Positions 62,192 through 64,000 of a DNA stretch of 64,000 bases are shown one piece after another. The notes under the pieces were generated by a model, which had not been told where the DNA came from, made no database searches, and saw only the letters and a list, made by a program, of their open reading frames with translations. The stretch's first letter is position 1. The number at the start of each line of letters is the position of its first letter. The stretch is from Eledone cirrhosa (taxonomy: Eukaryota): contig OZ024763.1 in assembly GCA_964016885.1 (NCBI GenBank), positions 23,002,001-23,066,000 of the forward strand, written 5' to 3'. Made by a program: the position numbers and the translations under genes.

Positions 62192-63360
62192 ATCATCATC
62201 ATCATCATCATCAACGTTTAACGTCCGTGTTCCACGCTTGCATGGGTTTGGACGGGGGTAGTCCCACTTGAGGCAAGAGTGATTTTCTTGCTCGCATAGG
62301 ACTGTCTGGCAGGTTTTCTACAGTTGGATGCCCTTCCTAACACCAACCACATTTACAGTGTGGGTCTGGGAGGTTTTTACCGTGTTGCCTACACGGCCAC
62401 ATTACAGCGTGGACTGTGTGTTTTTTTGTCGTGACACCTACACGATCTCATTTGTTTCGGCCTGGATGGCGCGGCACCAACATAACTTTACATAGAACGG
62501 GGTGGTGTGGATGGGGTGGCGGGTGGTGGTGGTGGGACGGGGTGTATTTTGTTAGAGATGCCTACTGGCAAGGCGGGTCTTCTCTATTACTGAGTACCGC
62601 CAAAGGTCTCGGTCCAGTGACATTGTCTTGGTGAGGTGTAAGTGTGTGAGGTCAGAGTTTATCAGCTCGTCCCAGGTTTTTCTGGGTCTGCCTATTCCGT
62701 GGCTACCGTCTATCTTTATTGCCCTGCACTTTGTTAAACAGCTATCATCCTTCATGCGCATCACGTGACCATACCAACGTAGCCTTCTCTCTAGTAAACA
62801 ACATCTGATCCCTCTTATTTCTAATTTTTTCCTTAGTTCGTTTATGCTTTGTCGTTCACGTATATTACTATTACACATCCAGCGGAGCATGCAAGCTTCG
62901 TTTCTCTCTAGTCTGCGTATATCCTCTGCACACAATGCCCAGGTCTCACTGCCATGCAACATTGCTGTTCGTATGCAGGCATCGTACAGCCTGCCTTTCA
63001 TTTTTAGGGAGAACCCTTTAGCGGCTAATAGTGGTATAAGCTCTCTGAACTTTTTCCACCCAGTTCTGACTCTAGCTACTGTACTTTCAGAGCACCCTCC
63101 CCCACTGCTGATTTTGTCACCCAGGTAACGGAAGCTGTCCACTATTTCTATAGAACCCTCTGCGCAGTTGAAAGAGCTAGTATTTTGTGGGCACTTGCTG
63201 CTACTTATATCCCCAGAACACCGGCCACATGTAAAATCTATGTTCTTAGTTAGCTTACCTGTGATCCCACTACATCTTTTATGCACCCAAACTTTGCATT
63301 TGGGACACAAAATGGAATTTCTACCTACGCCTTTCCTACACTCTGCGCATGGCCACTTCC

Positions 63361-63363
<3 letters not shown>
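62192..63363 (-). mobile_element. 5'-truncated RTE LINE (PHD lineage), very close to 55750-56962
   Basis: ORF 62552-63310; shared 3' UTR details. Confidence 0.93.
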
Positions 63364-63424
<61 letters not shown>

Positions 63425-63530
63425 TGCTACTGTACGTCTGTATACATATATGTATGTACGTATACATACTTACATTTAAGTAAGTGCCATACTAAGAGTG
63501 AGAAATGAAATTTCGTTTTCATTTTCTTAC

Positions 63531-63576
<46 letters not shown>

Positions 63577-64000
63577 TCATACATACAGACACACACACAT
63601 ATATATACATATCTGACTCTGTATATGAAAGATTGACTCAGTGAATTATTTGCTAACAGATTACATTGAGTTCTAACTACGGTATAGACCCTACCACGAA
63701 AGGTAGACCACATTGTATATATATATATATGTCTATATATTACACATGGTTAAAAAGCTGTACATATTTCAAAGCTGCTCAGGAGCAACGACTCACCCCA
63801 CCCCCTACGGCAAGCTTAACGTTTGTGAAAGAATATAGGAGCTGGGGCCCTATGAGGGTGGAAAGTGGTTGCCAAGGTTTGTAAAACAGGCGTTCATCCA
63901 GAGTTACCTCCCCTGTACTGTGTTGTCAGTCAATAAATGTTTTCTTATATATATAATAATCATTTCTTTATTAATAAAAAAAATAATAATGAAAATTATT

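Overview
AT-rich, (TA)n-littered animal genomic DNA. The tRNA-type SINE and the RTE/CR1/Tx1 LINE mix resemble an octopus or other coleoid cephalopod (inference, not verified). The window is almost entirely mobile DNA and TE-derived tandem repeats. The only convincing host coding sequence is an LRAT/PLAAT (H-box/NC) domain ORF or exon at 14306-14743. Main content: (i) two long arrays of a 61-bp satellite that grew out of the 3' end of a CR1-group LINE ORF2; (ii) a TTAA-flanked piggyBac-type MITE in two copies, one enlarged to about 9.75 kb by a near-intact Tx1-clade LINE and a CR1 LINE; (iii) several RTE-clade LINEs, one lineage with a PHD finger after the RT core and another with three C-terminal C2H2 fingers; (iv) a non-autonomous Helitron; (v) many SINE copies. 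The signal the ORF track does not show is about 10 complete or near-complete type I hammerhead ribozyme motifs, plus degenerate ones, from at least six sequence families. They sit in Penelope-like pLTR fragments with a repeated fold-back layout (a short inverted arm ending at a fixed point, a long arm with a tail). These include a perfect 237-bp inverted repeat carrying two divergent U3-A8 variant hammerheads, and a tandem hammerhead pair 522 nt apart (retrozyme/circRNA-like). All structures were paired by eye; boundaries are approximate and nothing was computed or searched.
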